Part shown: positions 62,951 through 64,000 of the stretch, piece after piece
How positions within the stretch are numbered: position 1 is the stretch's first letter
How the letters are laid out: each line of letters opens with the position of its first letter
Made by a program: the position numbers and the translations under genes
The notes under the pieces: model-generated
The model's database searches: none
Seen by the model: only the letters and a program-made list of their open reading frames with translations
What the model was told of the DNA's origin: nothing
From: Mobula hypostoma
Taxonomy: Eukaryota
NCBI RefSeq assembly: GCF_963921235.1
Contig: NC_086118.1
Span: forward strand, 15,936,001-16,000,000
DNA: 64,000 nucleotides
Direction of reading: 5' to 3'

Positions 62951-63372
62951 TTTGAAATAGTAACACTGAGGAATTCAAAGCTGCTGATCCTCTCCAACTC
63001 TGATGCTCGGAAGAGCACTGTCTCATGGACCACTGGTTTCCCTCTCCTGAAGTCTATAATCAGTAACTTGGTATTGCGGACATTAAGTTAGGGGGTGTTG
63101 TTGTGACACCACACAGGAAGATTTTCAATCCACCTCCTATATGCTGATTCAGCCCACGACAGTGGTGACATCAGCAAATTTGAATGTGGTATTGGAGCCG
63201 TGCTTAGCTACACATTCAAATTGTAAAGCGAGTACAGCAGGGGGCTAAGCACACAGCCTTGTGGTGCAACTGTGTTGATGGAGATCATGGAGGTATTGTT
63301 GCCAATCTGAACTGATTGGGTTCTACATGTGAGAAAATCCAGAATCCAATGGCAGAAGGAGGTATTGATGCC
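62951..63372 (-). mobile_element. Decayed Rex1/Babar RT fragment
   Basis: [47 protein letters not shown]. Confidence 0.8.
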
Positions 63373-64000
63373 TATACGTTTCCATTATAGTCAGTACCTA
63401 TCCGTATTTATAGCCACCCACGTGGCACTCCAGTAGTTCAGCTTACCATATCATTGTTGAGGGGTATACTCCCCGCCCACCGACCCCTCCCACTCCCGTG
63501 GGTGGAGAAACCTATACTGTGGTCCTTCCCCACCGGGCCCTTGCGGTGGCTGCACCGAGTTTCAGTGCGTCCCTCAGCACGTACTCCTGCAGCCGAGATT
63601 GTGCCAGTTGACAGCATTCTCCCACAGACATCTCCATGTGCTGGTAGATCATCAAGTTTCGGGCCGACCAAAGAGCACCTTTCACTGAGTTGATGATCTG
63701 CCAGCAGCGCCGGATGTTGGTCTCCGTGTGCGTCCCCGGGAACAGCCCGTAGATCAGAGAGTCCTCTGTTACGCAGCTACTGGGGATAAAACGTGACACT
63801 AGCCCATCCATCCTCCTCCACACCCTCTTTGCGAACTGGCAGTGTGCAAAGAGGTGGGTCACAGACTCCTCCTCACTGCAGTCCTCCCGTGGGCAGTGGG
63901 GTGCAGAGATGACGTTCCGGGCATACAGGAGGGCTCTGACTGGGAGGGCCCCTCTCACCGCCAGCCAGGCGAGGTCTCGGTGCCTGTTGGTGAGATCTGG

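Larger units (their letters stand above)
61611..64000 (-). mobile_element. Tx1-like L1-clade LINE 3' end (63373-64000 plus poly(A) end 61611-61696), runs off the window
   Basis: ORF2 C-terminal CCHC (CPREDCSEEESVTHLFAHC, ALWSARN); AATAAA and A-rich tail at 61611-61645. Confidence 0.8.

Noticed and set aside
1..64000. miRNA or snoRNA genes
   Set aside because: No mature sequence of common vertebrate miRNAs or clear C/D box pair spotted by eye; an Rfam or miRBase scan is needed to exclude them properly

Overview
Eukaryotic, repeat-dominated genomic DNA, almost certainly vertebrate. The mix of CR1, Rex1/Babar, Tx1-like L1, Penelope-like elements (PLE), V-SINEs and Tc1 suggests a cartilaginous fish, probably a ray (inference). 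I recognise no host protein-coding gene; every long ORF belongs to a transposable element. Contents: about 15 CR1 LINE copies (some with uninterrupted ORF2), a decayed Sushi-type Ty3/Gypsy chromovirus with both LTRs (3055-10981) split by a near-full-length CR1, a second deleted copy of the same Gypsy family, several Rex1/Babar LINEs, a Tx1-like L1 3' end, PLE fragments, tRNA-derived SINEs, a Tc1 remnant and two 80-bp hAT MITEs with 8-bp TSDs. The most notable signal is an apparently intact minimal type I hammerhead ribozyme (27729-27764, minus strand) in the terminus of a young PLE, with decayed copies elsewhere and fold-back pairs of PLE ends. PLE hammerheads are already known as a class. Two CpG-rich domains (about 24.8-30.9 kb and 42.7-44.4 kb), a CTCF-like motif and several well-formed minus-strand micro-exon candidates hint at a promoter and a spliced, probably non-coding transcript, but this is unproven. 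Repeat boundaries were read by eye and are approximate unless a TSD or terminal motif is cited.
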